DNA of 64,000 nucleotides, taken from the NCBI GenBank assembly GCA_002083645.1, contig MSXQ01000013.1, positions 10,769-74,768 on the forward strand, in the 5' to 3' direction. Shown one piece after another: positions 1 through 9,627 of this stretch. This DNA comes from Proteobacteria bacterium ST_bin13. GTDB lineage: Bacteria > Pseudomonadota > Alphaproteobacteria > Sphingomonadales > Sphingomonadaceae. Position 1 is the first letter of the stretch. Each line of letters opens with the position of its first letter. A program made the translations under genes and the position numbers. A model generated the notes under the pieces. That model saw only the letters and a program-made list of their open reading frames with translations. It was not told the origin of the DNA and made no database searches.

Positions 1-1129
1 TACCGCGAATTCGACGAGCCCCAAGCTCGCCCGCCAGATCGTGCAGAAGCTGATCGACATCTTCGTCGAGGAAAATCTCGCCGGCAATCGCGATGAGACG
101 AGCCAGACACTCCAGTTCCTCGATGGCCAGCTTGCCCAGCGCCAGAAGCAATTGCAGGACAGCGAGGCCAAGCGCGCCGATTTCCAGAACCGCTATCTGG
201 GCTCACTGCCGGGCACTGGCACGCTGAACGATCGGATCGGCAACGCCCGCAGCCAGATGGCGCAGGTCGATAGCGATCTTGCCGCCGCGCAAAGCGGGTT
301 GGCCGCGCTGACGGGTCAGATGGCAGGCGTCCCGGCGAGCATCGCTGGCGTCGGCGGCGGGATCGCTGGCCCGGCGCGCGCGCGGGTCAACGCCATCCAG
401 GGCCAGCTTGCCGAGGCGCGTGGTCGTGGCTTCACTGAATCGCACCCTGATGTCGTCGCGCTCAAAAGTCAGCTCGCTCAGGCGCAAGGGGCAGCGCGCG
501 CTGAACCCTTGGGCACAGCAGCGGCAAGCGCCAACAATCCGGCCTATCTCTCGCTTCAGTCGCTCCGCGCCGACAAACAGGCACAGGTCGCCGCGCTCAC
601 CGCGCGCAAAGGCCAGCTCCAAAATGATCTCGATCAGCTTCAGGCCAAGCTGAACGGTGATCCCGCTGTTGCCGCCGAACAGGCGCAGCTCGAGCGCGAC
701 TATCAAGTGCTCAAGGATCAATATGACAAGCTGCTTGGCGACCGCGAGGACATCAAGCTGCGTGGCCAGGTCCAGAACCAGACGGACGCGATCAAATTCA
801 GCGTGATCGACCCGCCCACTGCACCACGTGCACCAACCGCCCCCAATCGGCCGCTGTTGCTGACGGGTGTGTTGATGGCCGGGATCTTCGCCGGCATTGG
901 TGCGGCGTTCGCCTTTGGCCATTTGCGGGCCACCTTCGCGACGGCAAGTCGACTTGAGCGCGCAACGGGCATGCCCGTCATCGGGTCGATCGGCGAGATG
1001 GTGACTGATGCCCAGCGGGCAATGCGGGCCAAGCGACTGACCTATTTTGCCGGCGGGGCCGGGGGGCTGGGCGTTGCCTATATCGCGCTGATCGGCGTTG
1101 AATTCTTGCAGCGGGGGCTGGCAGCATGA
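1..1129 (+). CDS. Polysaccharide chain-length determinant (Wzz/GumC/EpsF-like, PEP-CTERM locus type), 5' end cut by window edge
   Basis: Frame is open from the window edge (frame of position 2). Long Q/A/L-rich coiled-coil region is followed by a C-terminal TM segment LLLTGVLMAGIFAGIGAAFAF. Stop overlaps the next start (ATGA at 1126-1129). Sits at the head of the XrtA locus. Confidence 0.75.
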   Translation, partial: TANSTSPKLARQIVQKLIDIFVEENLAGNRDETSQTLQFLDGQLAQRQKQLQDSEAKRADFQNRYLGSLPGTGTLNDRIGNARSQMAQVDSDLAAAQSGLAALTGQMAGVPASIAGVGGGIAGPARARVNAIQGQLAEARGRGFTESHPDVVALKSQLAQAQGAARAEPLGTAAASANNPAYLSLQSLRADKQAQVAALTARKGQLQNDLDQLQAKLNGDPAVAAEQAQLERDYQVLKDQYDKLLGDREDIKLRGQVQNQTDAIKFSVIDPPTAPRAPTAPNRPLLLTGVLMAGIFAGIGAAFAFGHLRATFATASRLERATGMPVIGSIGEMVTDAQRAMRAKRLTYFAGGAGGLGVAYIALIGVEFLQRGLAA

Positions 1130-2091
1130 GTGAGATGCGCCCAATTCGGACCGGTGGCTCGCTGCTCGAACGGGCAGCGGCGATCTATGATTTTCAGGCC
1201 GACCTGCGCGGCGGGGCACCGATTCCGGCGCCTATTCCGGCATCCGATCCCAACCCCACGCCGTTGCCATTGAATGTGGAGGTTGAGGCGCTCGCGCGCG
1301 CGCGCGCACCTTCCCCAGCCGCCCATAGTGTGCGGCGTAGTTTTGAGCAGCGCGGCCGGGCTGCGCTGATCGATCGCGGGCTATTGGCCGAGCAAGGCCT
1401 GATTGTCCCCGGTGCGGCCATTGGGGCGCTGGCTGAGGAGTTTCGCCTTGTGAAGCGTCAATTGCTGCTGACGGCACGCGCGGTGAAGTCAGCAGAAGGC
1501 GATCGTTCGCGGACAATCCTGGTCTGCTCGGCTAATCCCAATGAGGGCAAAACCTATTGTTCGCTCAACCTTGCGCTGTCGATGGCAGCGGAGCGCGACA
1601 CGGAAATTCTGCTGGTTGATGCAGATTTTGCCAAACCTGATGTGATGGAGCGGCTTGGCCTAGCCGAAGGGCCAGGATTGCTTGATGCGCTGGCCAATCC
1701 CGCGATCAATGTCGAGGATTGCGTGATTCAGACCAACATCCCGCAGCTCAGCCTGTTGCCGGCGGGCACCAAGAGCAATCAGGATACCGAATTACTGGCC
1801 AGCGACCGGACCCCGGCGTTGTTGCAGCAGTTGCTCGATGCCGATCCACGCCGGATCGTTATCTTCGATTCACCACCAGCATTGGCAGCGTCGCCCGCGG
1901 CAACGCTTGCGCTGCATGTCGGCCAGATCATGCTCGTCGTGCGCGCAGACAAGACCAGCGAGGGCGATCTGCGCGAAGCGGTCGGGCTGCTCGACGGCTG
2001 TGCCCATATCCAGCTGGTGCTCAATTCAGTTGCCTACGCGCCAGGGGGGCGTCGGTTCGGCAGCTATTATGGCTTGGAGGAGCCCCAATGA
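1126..2091 (+). CDS. EpsG-like chain-length determinant tyrosine autokinase (MinD/ParA-fold BY-kinase)
   Basis: P-loop region SANPNEGKTYCSLNLALSMA, plus LLVDADF and IVIFDSPP motifs and a C-terminal Tyr pair (GSYYG). ATGA overlaps with both neighbours. Confidence 0.8.
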   Translation: MSEMRPIRTGGSLLERAAAIYDFQADLRGGAPIPAPIPASDPNPTPLPLNVEVEALARARAPSPAAHSVRRSFEQRGRAALIDRGLLAEQGLIVPGAAIGALAEEFRLVKRQLLLTARAVKSAEGDRSRTILVCSANPNEGKTYCSLNLALSMAAERDTEILLVDADFAKPDVMERLGLAEGPGLLDALANPAINVEDCVIQTNIPQLSLLPAGTKSNQDTELLASDRTPALLQQLLDADPRRIVIFDSPPALAASPAATLALHVGQIMLVVRADKTSEGDLREAVGLLDGCAHIQLVLNSVAYAPGGRRFGSYYGLEEPQ

Positions 2092-3689
2092 CGCGGATCG
2101 CGATCATCATCACGGCGCTTGGCGGTGTCGGCATGGCGGCGACGCCCGCCGATGCCCGCAAGCGGACCATCACGCCCTATATCGAAATCGGTCAGGTCGT
2201 GACCGCCGATCTCAATACCAGCGACGTGTTGACCTATACGTCGGTTGCGGCCGGGGTGGATGCCTCAGTTTCGTCACGCAGGGTGGAAGCACAGGTCAGC
2301 TACCGGTATGAACGGCGGATTGGCTATCAGGCACGACTGAACGATGTTGACGTGCATAGCGGCCTGGCACGGGCCGCCGTCCATGTCTTGCCGGGTTTCA
2401 GCGTCGAAGGCGGGGCAATCGCCACGCGCGCCCGATCGGACATTCGCGGCGCCAATCCGGGCACTTTGGTCGGCAATGTCGATAATATCAGCCAGGTTTA
2501 TTCGGTTTATGGCGGTCCAACTGTTGGCACGCATGTCGGCGATCTAGGCATTAGCGCGAGCTATCGGCTTGGATACACCAAGGCAGAAGCAACCGGCGGC
2601 GCCAGCATTACGCCAGGCCAGCCGCGGATTGATGCCTTTGACAGTTCACGCAGCCAGGTCGCGCAGGCCAGCCTGAACCTAAAATCGGGCACGGTGTTGC
2701 CCGTTGGGATCACGGTCAGCGGCGGATGGGAACGCGACGATGCCGTTCAGCTCGACCAAAAGTATGAGGGCAAATATGCCCGGGCTGATGTGCTGGTGCC
2801 GGTTGGCGGTGCGCTCGCGATTGTGGCCGGCGGGGGCTATGAAAATATCCAGGTCAGCCAGCGTGACGCGGTAGTCGATGCAACTGGCCAGCCAGTTGTT
2901 GACTCGCGCGGGCGTTTTCAGACCGATCCGGCCAGCCCGGCGCGGATCGCCTATAGCTTTGATGGCATTTATTATGATGCCGGCGTTGTCTGGCGGCCCA
3001 GCAAGCGCACCCAGCTCGATGTGCGGGTAGGGCGGCGATACGGATCGACCAGCGTCACCGGATCGTTCAGCTATGCTCCGACGCAAAGCATGGCGATCCG
3101 CGTGGGCGTTTATGATGGCATCCAGACCTTTGGCCGCCAGCTGCAAAATGGCCTTGCCAATATCGGCACCAGTTTCAATGCCACCCGCGGTGGTTTTGGC
3201 GGCGACTTTAACGGCTGTGTTTTCGGCGCGCAGGGCGGCGCAGCCGGGAATTGCCTGAACGGTGCGCTGCAATCGATCAATTCGTCGGCCTACCGCGCAC
3301 GCGGTGTCGATGCGATCGTCTCGGTTAGCCGTGGTCCGCTAACCTTCGGGGTGGGCGCAGGTTACGCCAATCGCGAATTTGTCGCGCCCAATGGCGGCAC
3401 TGGCTTCTCGGTCAATGGCATCAGTGACGAAAGCTATTACGCCCAGGCCTTTATCGCCCGCGCGCTTGACAGCAATACGAGCATCGATGCCACTGCCTTT
3501 GCCAATTACTACAAGAGCGGCATTGCCGGCACCGACGGCAGCTATGGGGCAGGCGCAACGGGCACGCTGACCCGTCGGTTCGGCAAGCTCTCGGCGCAAG
3601 GGGCAGTTGGCGTTTACAGCTTCAGCCAGCCGGGGCAGGACACAGCGGTTTCTGTGCAGGCATTGCTGGGGGCACGTTATTCGTTCTGA
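2088..3689 (+). CDS. Outer-membrane beta-barrel protein of the PEP-CTERM/XrtA locus (EpsL-like)
   Basis: ATG at 2088 gives signal peptide MTRIAIIITALGGVGMAATPADA. Sequence is G/S/Y-rich and strand-like, with C-terminal ...GARYSF. The track start at 1719 would overlap the kinase gene by 370 nt and is rejected. Confidence 0.65.
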   Translation: MTRIAIIITALGGVGMAATPADARKRTITPYIEIGQVVTADLNTSDVLTYTSVAAGVDASVSSRRVEAQVSYRYERRIGYQARLNDVDVHSGLARAAVHVLPGFSVEGGAIATRARSDIRGANPGTLVGNVDNISQVYSVYGGPTVGTHVGDLGISASYRLGYTKAEATGGASITPGQPRIDAFDSSRSQVAQASLNLKSGTVLPVGITVSGGWERDDAVQLDQKYEGKYARADVLVPVGGALAIVAGGGYENIQVSQRDAVVDATGQPVVDSRGRFQTDPASPARIAYSFDGIYYDAGVVWRPSKRTQLDVRVGRRYGSTSVTGSFSYAPTQSMAIRVGVYDGIQTFGRQLQNGLANIGTSFNATRGGFGGDFNGCVFGAQGGAAGNCLNGALQSINSSAYRARGVDAIVSVSRGPLTFGVGAGYANREFVAPNGGTGFSVNGISDESYYAQAFIARALDSNTSIDATAFANYYKSGIAGTDGSYGAGATGTLTRRFGKLSAQGAVGVYSFSQPGQDTAVSVQALLGARYSF

Positions 3690-3727
3690 TACTGTTGGGG
3701 CCTGGGGTCCGACTGGGATGACGCCGA

Positions 3728-4885
3728 ATGTATGATGATCACTATGGATTGAGCGGCAGGCCGTTTCAGCTCACGCCCGATCCACGATTCTGGTTCGAAT
3801 CGGCCACGCACAAGAAGGCGATGGCCTATCTTGGCTATGGCCTCAGCCAGGGCGAAGGCTTCATTGTTGTGACCGGCGACATTGGCGCCGGGAAAACCAC
3901 CCTGGTCGGTCATTTGATGGCCACGCTCGATCGCGAACGGCTGCATGCGATCAAGATCGTATCGACCCAGATCGAAGCCGATGATCTATTGCGGATGGTG
4001 GCCACCGGGCTCGATATCGACCCTATTGGCCTCGTAAAGGCGCAGTTGCTGGCGCAGATCGAACGCGGCCTCCACGCGGTTGCGCGGAGCGGTCGGCGGA
4101 CGCTGCTGATCGTCGATGAAGCACAAGCGCTGCCGGTGTCGGCGCTTGAAGAATTACGTATGCTGTCCAATTTTCAGGCCGGTGGCCATGCGCTTCTGCA
4201 GATCTTCCTGCTCGGCCAGCCCGAATTCCGTCGCCAGCTGCACGGGGCGGCTGGCCTTGAACAGCTTCGCCAGCGGGTGATTGCGATGCATCATCTCGAT
4301 CCGATGGGGCCGCAGGAGATCGAACCCTATATGCGCCACCGGCTTGCCGTGGTCGGCTGGCAGGGACGGCCGCATTTCACGCCAGAGGCGATTGCCGCGC
4401 TCTATCATGGATCGGCAGGCGTCCCGCGGCGGCTAAACCAGCTCGCCGGGCGCGTGATGCTGTTTGGCGCCATCGAACAGATCGACACGATTGATGCGCG
4501 CGCGGTGGACGCCGTGATCGCTGATATCGCTGGGGACATGCTCGCCCCGGCAATTGAGGCTGATGTGCCCGAAACCCTCGCTCAGCGCGCCGATAGGCCA
4601 GCACCAGCAATGGCGGCGCGGGAACCCGGCTCGGCCCGCCAACCCGAACCATTGCCGATCCGCCAGGGCGATAGCTGGCGCGAGCCTGGTCCCGTTGCGG
4701 CATCGGAAGCCTCCCCGCACGATAGCGCCGAACAGGCTAGGCTGCTCGGTCGCGTCGCGGCACTTGAAATGCGCCTCGAAGATCAGGAACGGGCGCTGCG
4801 CCGGATCCTTACCTTGCTCATTGACTGGGTCGAAAGCGACAATCATCGCCCCGATCTGTCTGCCTTTCGGGGGCCGGCCGCATGA
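3728..4885 (+). CDS. XrtA/PEP-CTERM system-associated AAA ATPase (ExeA-like)
   Basis: N-terminus MYDDHYGLSGRPFQLTPDPRF, Walker A GDIGAGKTT, Walker B LLIVDEAQ. Position matches canonical XrtA loci. Confidence 0.8.
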   Translation: MYDDHYGLSGRPFQLTPDPRFWFESATHKKAMAYLGYGLSQGEGFIVVTGDIGAGKTTLVGHLMATLDRERLHAIKIVSTQIEADDLLRMVATGLDIDPIGLVKAQLLAQIERGLHAVARSGRRTLLIVDEAQALPVSALEELRMLSNFQAGGHALLQIFLLGQPEFRRQLHGAAGLEQLRQRVIAMHHLDPMGPQEIEPYMRHRLAVVGWQGRPHFTPEAIAALYHGSAGVPRRLNQLAGRVMLFGAIEQIDTIDARAVDAVIADIAGDMLAPAIEADVPETLAQRADRPAPAMAAREPGSARQPEPLPIRQGDSWREPGPVAASEASPHDSAEQARLLGRVAALEMRLEDQERALRRILTLLIDWVESDNHRPDLSAFRGPAA

Positions 4886-5757
4886 ACGCGATGAGCCCGA
4901 TCGTCGCAGCGCGCGTCTGCAATGCGCTGTCGGTCGATGTTGAGGACTGGTTTCAGGTCGGCGCTTTTGAAACGGTGATCGACAAACGGGATTGGGATCA
5001 GCTCACGCCGCGCGTTGAGCAGAATACTGATGCCGTGCTTGCGCTGCTTGCCGAAAGCGGCGTGAAGGCGACTTTTTTCACGCTTGGCTGGGTCGCCAAG
5101 CGTAACCCGGCACTGATCCGCCGGATTGTTGCGGCGGGGCATGAGATCGCCAGCCATGGCTGGGATCATCAACGCGTGTTCACGCTGAGTGCCGAACAAT
5201 TTCGTCAAGATTTGCACGACGCGCGCATGGCGATCGAAGATGCCGCTGGAGTCGCTGTCACGGGATATCGCGCGCCAAGTTTCTCAATCGATCAGCGCAC
5301 GCCCTGGGCCCATACCGAATTGGCAGCAGCGGGCTATCGTTATTCGTCGAGTGTCGCACCGATCGCGCATGATCATTATGGCTGGCCAGAGGCACCGCGA
5401 TTTGCATTCAAGCCACTCGCCGATGCGGACTTGATCGAACTGCCGATCACCATCGCCCGGTTTGCCGGCCGGGACATGGCAACAGGCGGCGGCTTTTTCC
5501 GGCTGTTCCCTGGCGCGATCACGGATTGGGCGATTGACCGGGTGAATGCGGAGGCAGGGCGCCCGGCGGTGTTTTACTTCCATCCCTGGGAAATCGATCC
5601 CGGCCAGCCACGCGTCGCGAATGCGCCGCTCAAATCAAAGCTGCGGCATTATAGTCGGCTTGGCGCGATGGCGGAAAAGCTGCGCCGTTTGATTGATCGG
5701 CATGATTGGGACCGGGTTGATGCCGTCGTCGCTGCTGAACGGGGTCAGGTCGCGTGA
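4882..5757 (+). CDS. Polysaccharide deacetylase, PEP-CTERM locus subfamily
   Basis: SVDVEDWFQV and HGWDH motifs of NodB-type deacetylases. ATGA overlap with the upstream gene. Confidence 0.8.
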   Translation: MNAMSPIVAARVCNALSVDVEDWFQVGAFETVIDKRDWDQLTPRVEQNTDAVLALLAESGVKATFFTLGWVAKRNPALIRRIVAAGHEIASHGWDHQRVFTLSAEQFRQDLHDARMAIEDAAGVAVTGYRAPSFSIDQRTPWAHTELAAAGYRYSSSVAPIAHDHYGWPEAPRFAFKPLADADLIELPITIARFAGRDMATGGGFFRLFPGAITDWAIDRVNAEAGRPAVFYFHPWEIDPGQPRVANAPLKSKLRHYSRLGAMAEKLRRLIDRHDWDRVDAVVAAERGQVA

Positions 5758-6827
5758 CGATGCCGTTGCTCTCTATGCCATTGGCGCTGCGGGCGGCCGA
5801 TCTGGCCGATGCGGGTGATCGCGCGCGGATCGATGGCTTTGTCCGCGCGCACCCGGCGGCGACGCCATTTCACTTGCCGGCATGGAATATTGCGGTGGCG
5901 CGGGGCTGCGGCCAGCGTGCGCATTGTCTGGTTGCGGAGCGCGGCAATGGCGAGATTGCAGGGGTTCTGCCGCTGACTGAAATCGGATCGCCACTGTTCG
6001 GTCGCGCATTGGTTTCGACGGGCTTTGGTGTCGGCGGCGGTATCCTGGCAGTGCATGACGATGCGGTGTCACTGCTTGCTGAAGCGGGCTGGGCGCTCGC
6101 CGAGCGGCTGCGCTGCCCGACAATGGAGCTTCGCGGTGGGCCGTTGCCCAGCGCACCTTGGCAGATCGACGAGACTACCTATCTGGGCTTTGCGCGTGAT
6201 CTCGCCAGTGATGATGAGGGCGATCTTGCTGCCGTGCCGCGCAAGCAACGCGCTGAAATCCGCAAGGGCCTGGCGCAAAATCTTGAAATCGAAACGGGTT
6301 GTCACGATAAAGTCGTGAAAGATCATTATTCGGTATATTCCCAATCAGTGCGGAACCTGGGGACCCCCGTTTTCCCGGCCCGCCTGTTTCGCGAAGTTTT
6401 ACGCGAATTTGATGATTCCGCTGATATCCTGGTCGTTCGGCAAGGGGGTATGGCGGTGGCCAGTGTGTTGAGTGTGTATATGAACGGCGTTGTGTATCCC
6501 TATTGGGGCGGTGGCACCCCCGCCGCGCGTGATTTGCGGGCGAACGACGTGATGTATTATGCGCTGATGCGCCATGCCCGCGCGCGCGGCTGCACGCGCT
6601 TTGATTTCGGTCGATCAAAGGCAGGCACCGGCCCGGCGGCGTTCAAGAAAAATTGGGGCTTTACCGGCCAGCCGCTCCATTATGCCAAACGCGCACCGGC
6701 GGGTGAGGTCCCTCGGGAAATCAATCCGCTTAGCCCGCGATACCGGATGCAGGTGGCAGCGTGGCGCAAATTGCCGCTCTGGGCCGCCAATCGCCTTGGT
6801 CCGATCATTTCAAAGGGCCTTGGGTGA
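5754..6827 (+). CDS. FemAB-like (GNAT-fold) protein, PEP-CTERM system-associated
   Basis: About 355 aa. Position between the deacetylase and the glycosyltransferase matches known XrtA loci. GTGA overlap upstream; alternative ATG at 5760. Confidence 0.6.
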   Translation: MTMPLLSMPLALRAADLADAGDRARIDGFVRAHPAATPFHLPAWNIAVARGCGQRAHCLVAERGNGEIAGVLPLTEIGSPLFGRALVSTGFGVGGGILAVHDDAVSLLAEAGWALAERLRCPTMELRGGPLPSAPWQIDETTYLGFARDLASDDEGDLAAVPRKQRAEIRKGLAQNLEIETGCHDKVVKDHYSVYSQSVRNLGTPVFPARLFREVLREFDDSADILVVRQGGMAVASVLSVYMNGVVYPYWGGGTPAARDLRANDVMYYALMRHARARGCTRFDFGRSKAGTGPAAFKKNWGFTGQPLHYAKRAPAGEVPREINPLSPRYRMQVAAWRKLPLWAANRLGPIISKGLG

Positions 6828-8041
6828 TGGGCGATATTCTGTTCCTGACTCACCGGATCCCCTATCCGCCCGATCGCGGCGACAAGATCCGTGGCTTCAA
6901 TATCCTGAAATATCTCTCGGCTCGCCGTCGGGTGCATGTCATCGCTTTTGCCGACGAAACGCGCGATCTGCGGCGCAAGAATGAGCTTGCCGCCTATACG
7001 GGCAACCGTTCGATCATCTGGCGATCAAAGCCGCGCTGGCTGGCAGCAGTGCAGGCGCTCGCCTTTCGCCGACCGGTTTCGCTCACAGCCTTCGAAAACG
7101 GGCCACTACAGGAAGCCGTCGACAACATTTTGGCGCGTCATTCGATTGATTTGATCTACGTTTTTTCGAGCCAAATGGCGCAATATCTGCCGGCCAAGCC
7201 GCGGCAAAAGGTGATCATGGATTTTGTCGACATGGATTCGGCCAAATTCGATGCCTATGCCAAGACGTCTTCTGGCCTGACAGCTTGGATGATGCAGCGT
7301 GAGGCCCAATTGCTGTTCGCGCATGAAAAGGCGGTGGCCGCCCGTGTCGATGCCAGCCTGTTCGTTAGCGAAGCCGAAGCCGAGCTGTTCCGCGAACGCA
7401 CTGGCGCAAAGCGGGTTTATGCGGTCGAAAACGGCATCGATACCGATTATTTCAACCCCGCCGCGAGCTTTAAGCGGATCGAGACGACTGGCGCGCTGAT
7501 CGTGTTCACCGGGCAAATGGATTACCGCCCCAATATTGAAGCGGTAACCTGGTTCGTCGAGGCCATCATGCCGCATATCCGGGTGGTCCACCCCCAGGCT
7601 AGGTTCGCCATTGTCGGTCGCAACCCGACCGATGCAGTCAAAGCGCTGGCACGGCAGCCGGGGGTGATTGTAACGGGGGAAGTCGCCGATGTGCGCGGCT
7701 GGATCGCCGCGTCTGCCGTTGTTGTCGCCCCACTCAAGCTTGCCCGCGGCGTTCAGAACAAAGTGCTTGAGGCGATGGCGATGGCCCGGCCAGTGGTCGC
7801 TTCGACGGCGGCGGCCGAAGGAATCGACCATGGCGACACGATCCATGTCGGCGCCACGGTTGGCGAGATTGCCGAGGCGGTGACCCGGCTAATGTCCGAT
7901 CCCGCTAAGGCAAATGCGCTTGGCCTGACGGCGCGCGAGCAAGTGATTGCGCGTTATGGCTGGGACGCGCGGCTGGCCGTGCTCGATTCGATCCTTGGCC
8001 TGCCCAAAAAGGCGCCGCCGATGCGCCGGTCAGCGGCGTGA
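6827..8041 (+). CDS. GT4-family sugar transferase, PEP-CTERM/EpsH1 system-associated
   Basis: N-terminus MGDILFLTHRIPYPPDRGDKIRGFN and C-terminal NKVLEAMAMARPVV (E-x7-E region). ATG at 6827 overlaps the upstream TGA; the track start at 6761 is rejected. Confidence 0.8.
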   Translation: MGDILFLTHRIPYPPDRGDKIRGFNILKYLSARRRVHVIAFADETRDLRRKNELAAYTGNRSIIWRSKPRWLAAVQALAFRRPVSLTAFENGPLQEAVDNILARHSIDLIYVFSSQMAQYLPAKPRQKVIMDFVDMDSAKFDAYAKTSSGLTAWMMQREAQLLFAHEKAVAARVDASLFVSEAEAELFRERTGAKRVYAVENGIDTDYFNPAASFKRIETTGALIVFTGQMDYRPNIEAVTWFVEAIMPHIRVVHPQARFAIVGRNPTDAVKALARQPGVIVTGEVADVRGWIAASAVVVAPLKLARGVQNKVLEAMAMARPVVASTAAAEGIDHGDTIHVGATVGEIAEAVTRLMSDPAKANALGLTAREQVIARYGWDARLAVLDSILGLPKKAPPMRRSAA

Positions 8042-9579
8042 CGATCGCCTTTCCGGCCGCTGATTTTCAGACGGGCGGCGGGGAGGGGACGGCAGCCACC
8101 TGGCGCCGCCAGGGCGCTTTGCTGGGCGGTGTTGCGCTCATCCTGCTGATCCTATTCGGCCATGACAGCGCCGATCTGGCGCGTTTGTGGTGGACCAGCA
8201 CCACCTTTGGCCATTGCCTTTTCATTGGCCCCGTGATCGGCTGGCTGGTCTGGCAGCGCCGCCATGATCTCGCTCAGCTGACGCCCATAGGATGGTGGCC
8301 GGGCCTGGCGATCATCATGGTTGGCGGGGCTGGCTGGCTGGTCGGCGATGCTGCAAGCGTCGCGCTGGCGCGGCATATCGGTCTGGTCATGATGCTGCAG
8401 GGCGCGGTGGTAAGCCTGCTCGGCCCGCAGGTCGCGCGCGGGCTGTTGTTTCCGCTCGCTTATGCTTTTTTTCTGGTGCCCTTTGGGGAGTCGCTCGAAA
8501 CGCCATTGCAGAGCGTAACGGTGGCGATGGTCATGCCGATGTTGCATGCAGTTGGCGTGCCCGCGAGCGTTGATGGCGTGCTGATCACGATCCCCAATGG
8601 CTATTTCGAGGTCGCAGAGGCCTGTTCGGGCGCGAAATTCGTGATTGCCATGATCGCCTATGGCACGCTGGTGGCCAATGTCGCCTTTGTCAGCTGGCCG
8701 CGCCGGATTGCCTTCATGGTGATGGCGCTGGTCGTGCCGGTGATCGCCAATGGTTTCCGTGCCTTCGGGACGATCTACGCCGCGCACCTCACCTCGGTGG
8801 AGGCAGCGACGGGGTTTGATCACATCATTTATGGGTGGGTTTTTTTCGGGCTGGTGATGGCGGCGGTGATTGCGATCGGTTGGAAATGGTTCGACCGCGA
8901 TCCGGATGCGCCTTGGTTTGACGTCGCTGCGCTTCGCCCCACGCCGCACTGGCGGATCGATGGATTGATCACTGCCGCAATGGCGCTGACGATCGCGTCC
9001 GGCTTTGCTGGCTGGGCCGGAACGCTATCAGCCCAGGCGACGCGATTGCCTGACAGGATCATGTTACCGACCATCGCTGGCTGGAGCCCGGCGGGCCCCA
9101 ATCTTAGAGCGCCCTGGTCGCCCTATTATCCGGGTGCTGATCATTTTCTGGCTGGCCGTTTCGCCGATCAAGGCGGGCAAACGGCTGACTTCACAATCGC
9201 CCTGTTCGGCAGCCAGCATGAGGGCAAGGAGCTGATCTCCTTCGGCACTGGCGCATTGCGTGAGGATGATCGCTGGGTGCGGATCGAGGATTTGCCGGAC
9301 ATTGCGGGTGGTTCAGCGATGCGGATCACCGCGCCGGGCCATGTCGAGCGGATTGTCGTCACCTGGTATCGGATCGGCGGGAAGCTGACAGCGAGCCCCC
9401 GTGTCGTGAAACTGGAGACGCTGAAGGCCAAGCTGCTGGGTGGATCGCCCGTGGGCGTGGCGCTGCATGTATCGGTACAGGTTGAGCCGGGTGTGGACGC
9501 CCGGGCGACGATTGCGCGCTTCATCCAGGCCGCAGGGCCGCTTGACCGGCTGGCCGACCGGGTGGCAAGCGGCCAATAG
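8038..9579 (+). CDS. xrtA: Exosortase A (XrtA) with an apparently fused C-terminal EpsI-like domain
   Basis: Polytopic N-terminal half carries the exosortase catalytic-type motifs EACSGAKF, ANGFRAF and DHIIYGWVFF. A soluble C-terminal half of about 200 aa follows, 513 aa in total. GTGA overlap upstream. Confidence 0.85.
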   Translation: MTIAFPAADFQTGGGEGTAATWRRQGALLGGVALILLILFGHDSADLARLWWTSTTFGHCLFIGPVIGWLVWQRRHDLAQLTPIGWWPGLAIIMVGGAGWLVGDAASVALARHIGLVMMLQGAVVSLLGPQVARGLLFPLAYAFFLVPFGESLETPLQSVTVAMVMPMLHAVGVPASVDGVLITIPNGYFEVAEACSGAKFVIAMIAYGTLVANVAFVSWPRRIAFMVMALVVPVIANGFRAFGTIYAAHLTSVEAATGFDHIIYGWVFFGLVMAAVIAIGWKWFDRDPDAPWFDVAALRPTPHWRIDGLITAAMALTIASGFAGWAGTLSAQATRLPDRIMLPTIAGWSPAGPNLRAPWSPYYPGADHFLAGRFADQGGQTADFTIALFGSQHEGKELISFGTGALREDDRWVRIEDLPDIAGGSAMRITAPGHVERIVVTWYRIGGKLTASPRVVKLETLKAKLLGGSPVGVALHVSVQVEPGVDARATIARFIQAAGPLDRLADRVASGQ

Positions 9580-9627
9580 ATCGACGCAGGTTTCCGCGAT
9601 CGATCGCAACGGGGCAGACAGTATAGC

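Noticed and set aside
203-1219. 338-aa minus-strand ORF antisense to the chain-length determinant gene. Many similar long antisense or off-frame ORFs occur, e.g. 11997..13169 (+), 13060..14070 (+), 20320..21582 (-), 21165..22175 (-), 23259..24359 (+), 26915..27997 (-), 49138..50628 (-), 50778..51644 (-).
   Set aside because: Their composition is the Arg/Pro/Ala/Gly-rich kind typical of shadow frames in high-GC DNA. Each fully overlaps a gene with clear family motifs on the other strand or frame, and none has a ribosome-binding site or recognisable domain.
1719-2087. Upstream extension of the outer-membrane protein ORF (track start 1719)
   Set aside because: It would overlap the kinase gene by 370 nt. 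The ATG at 2088 overlaps the kinase stop (ATGA) and yields a proper signal peptide.
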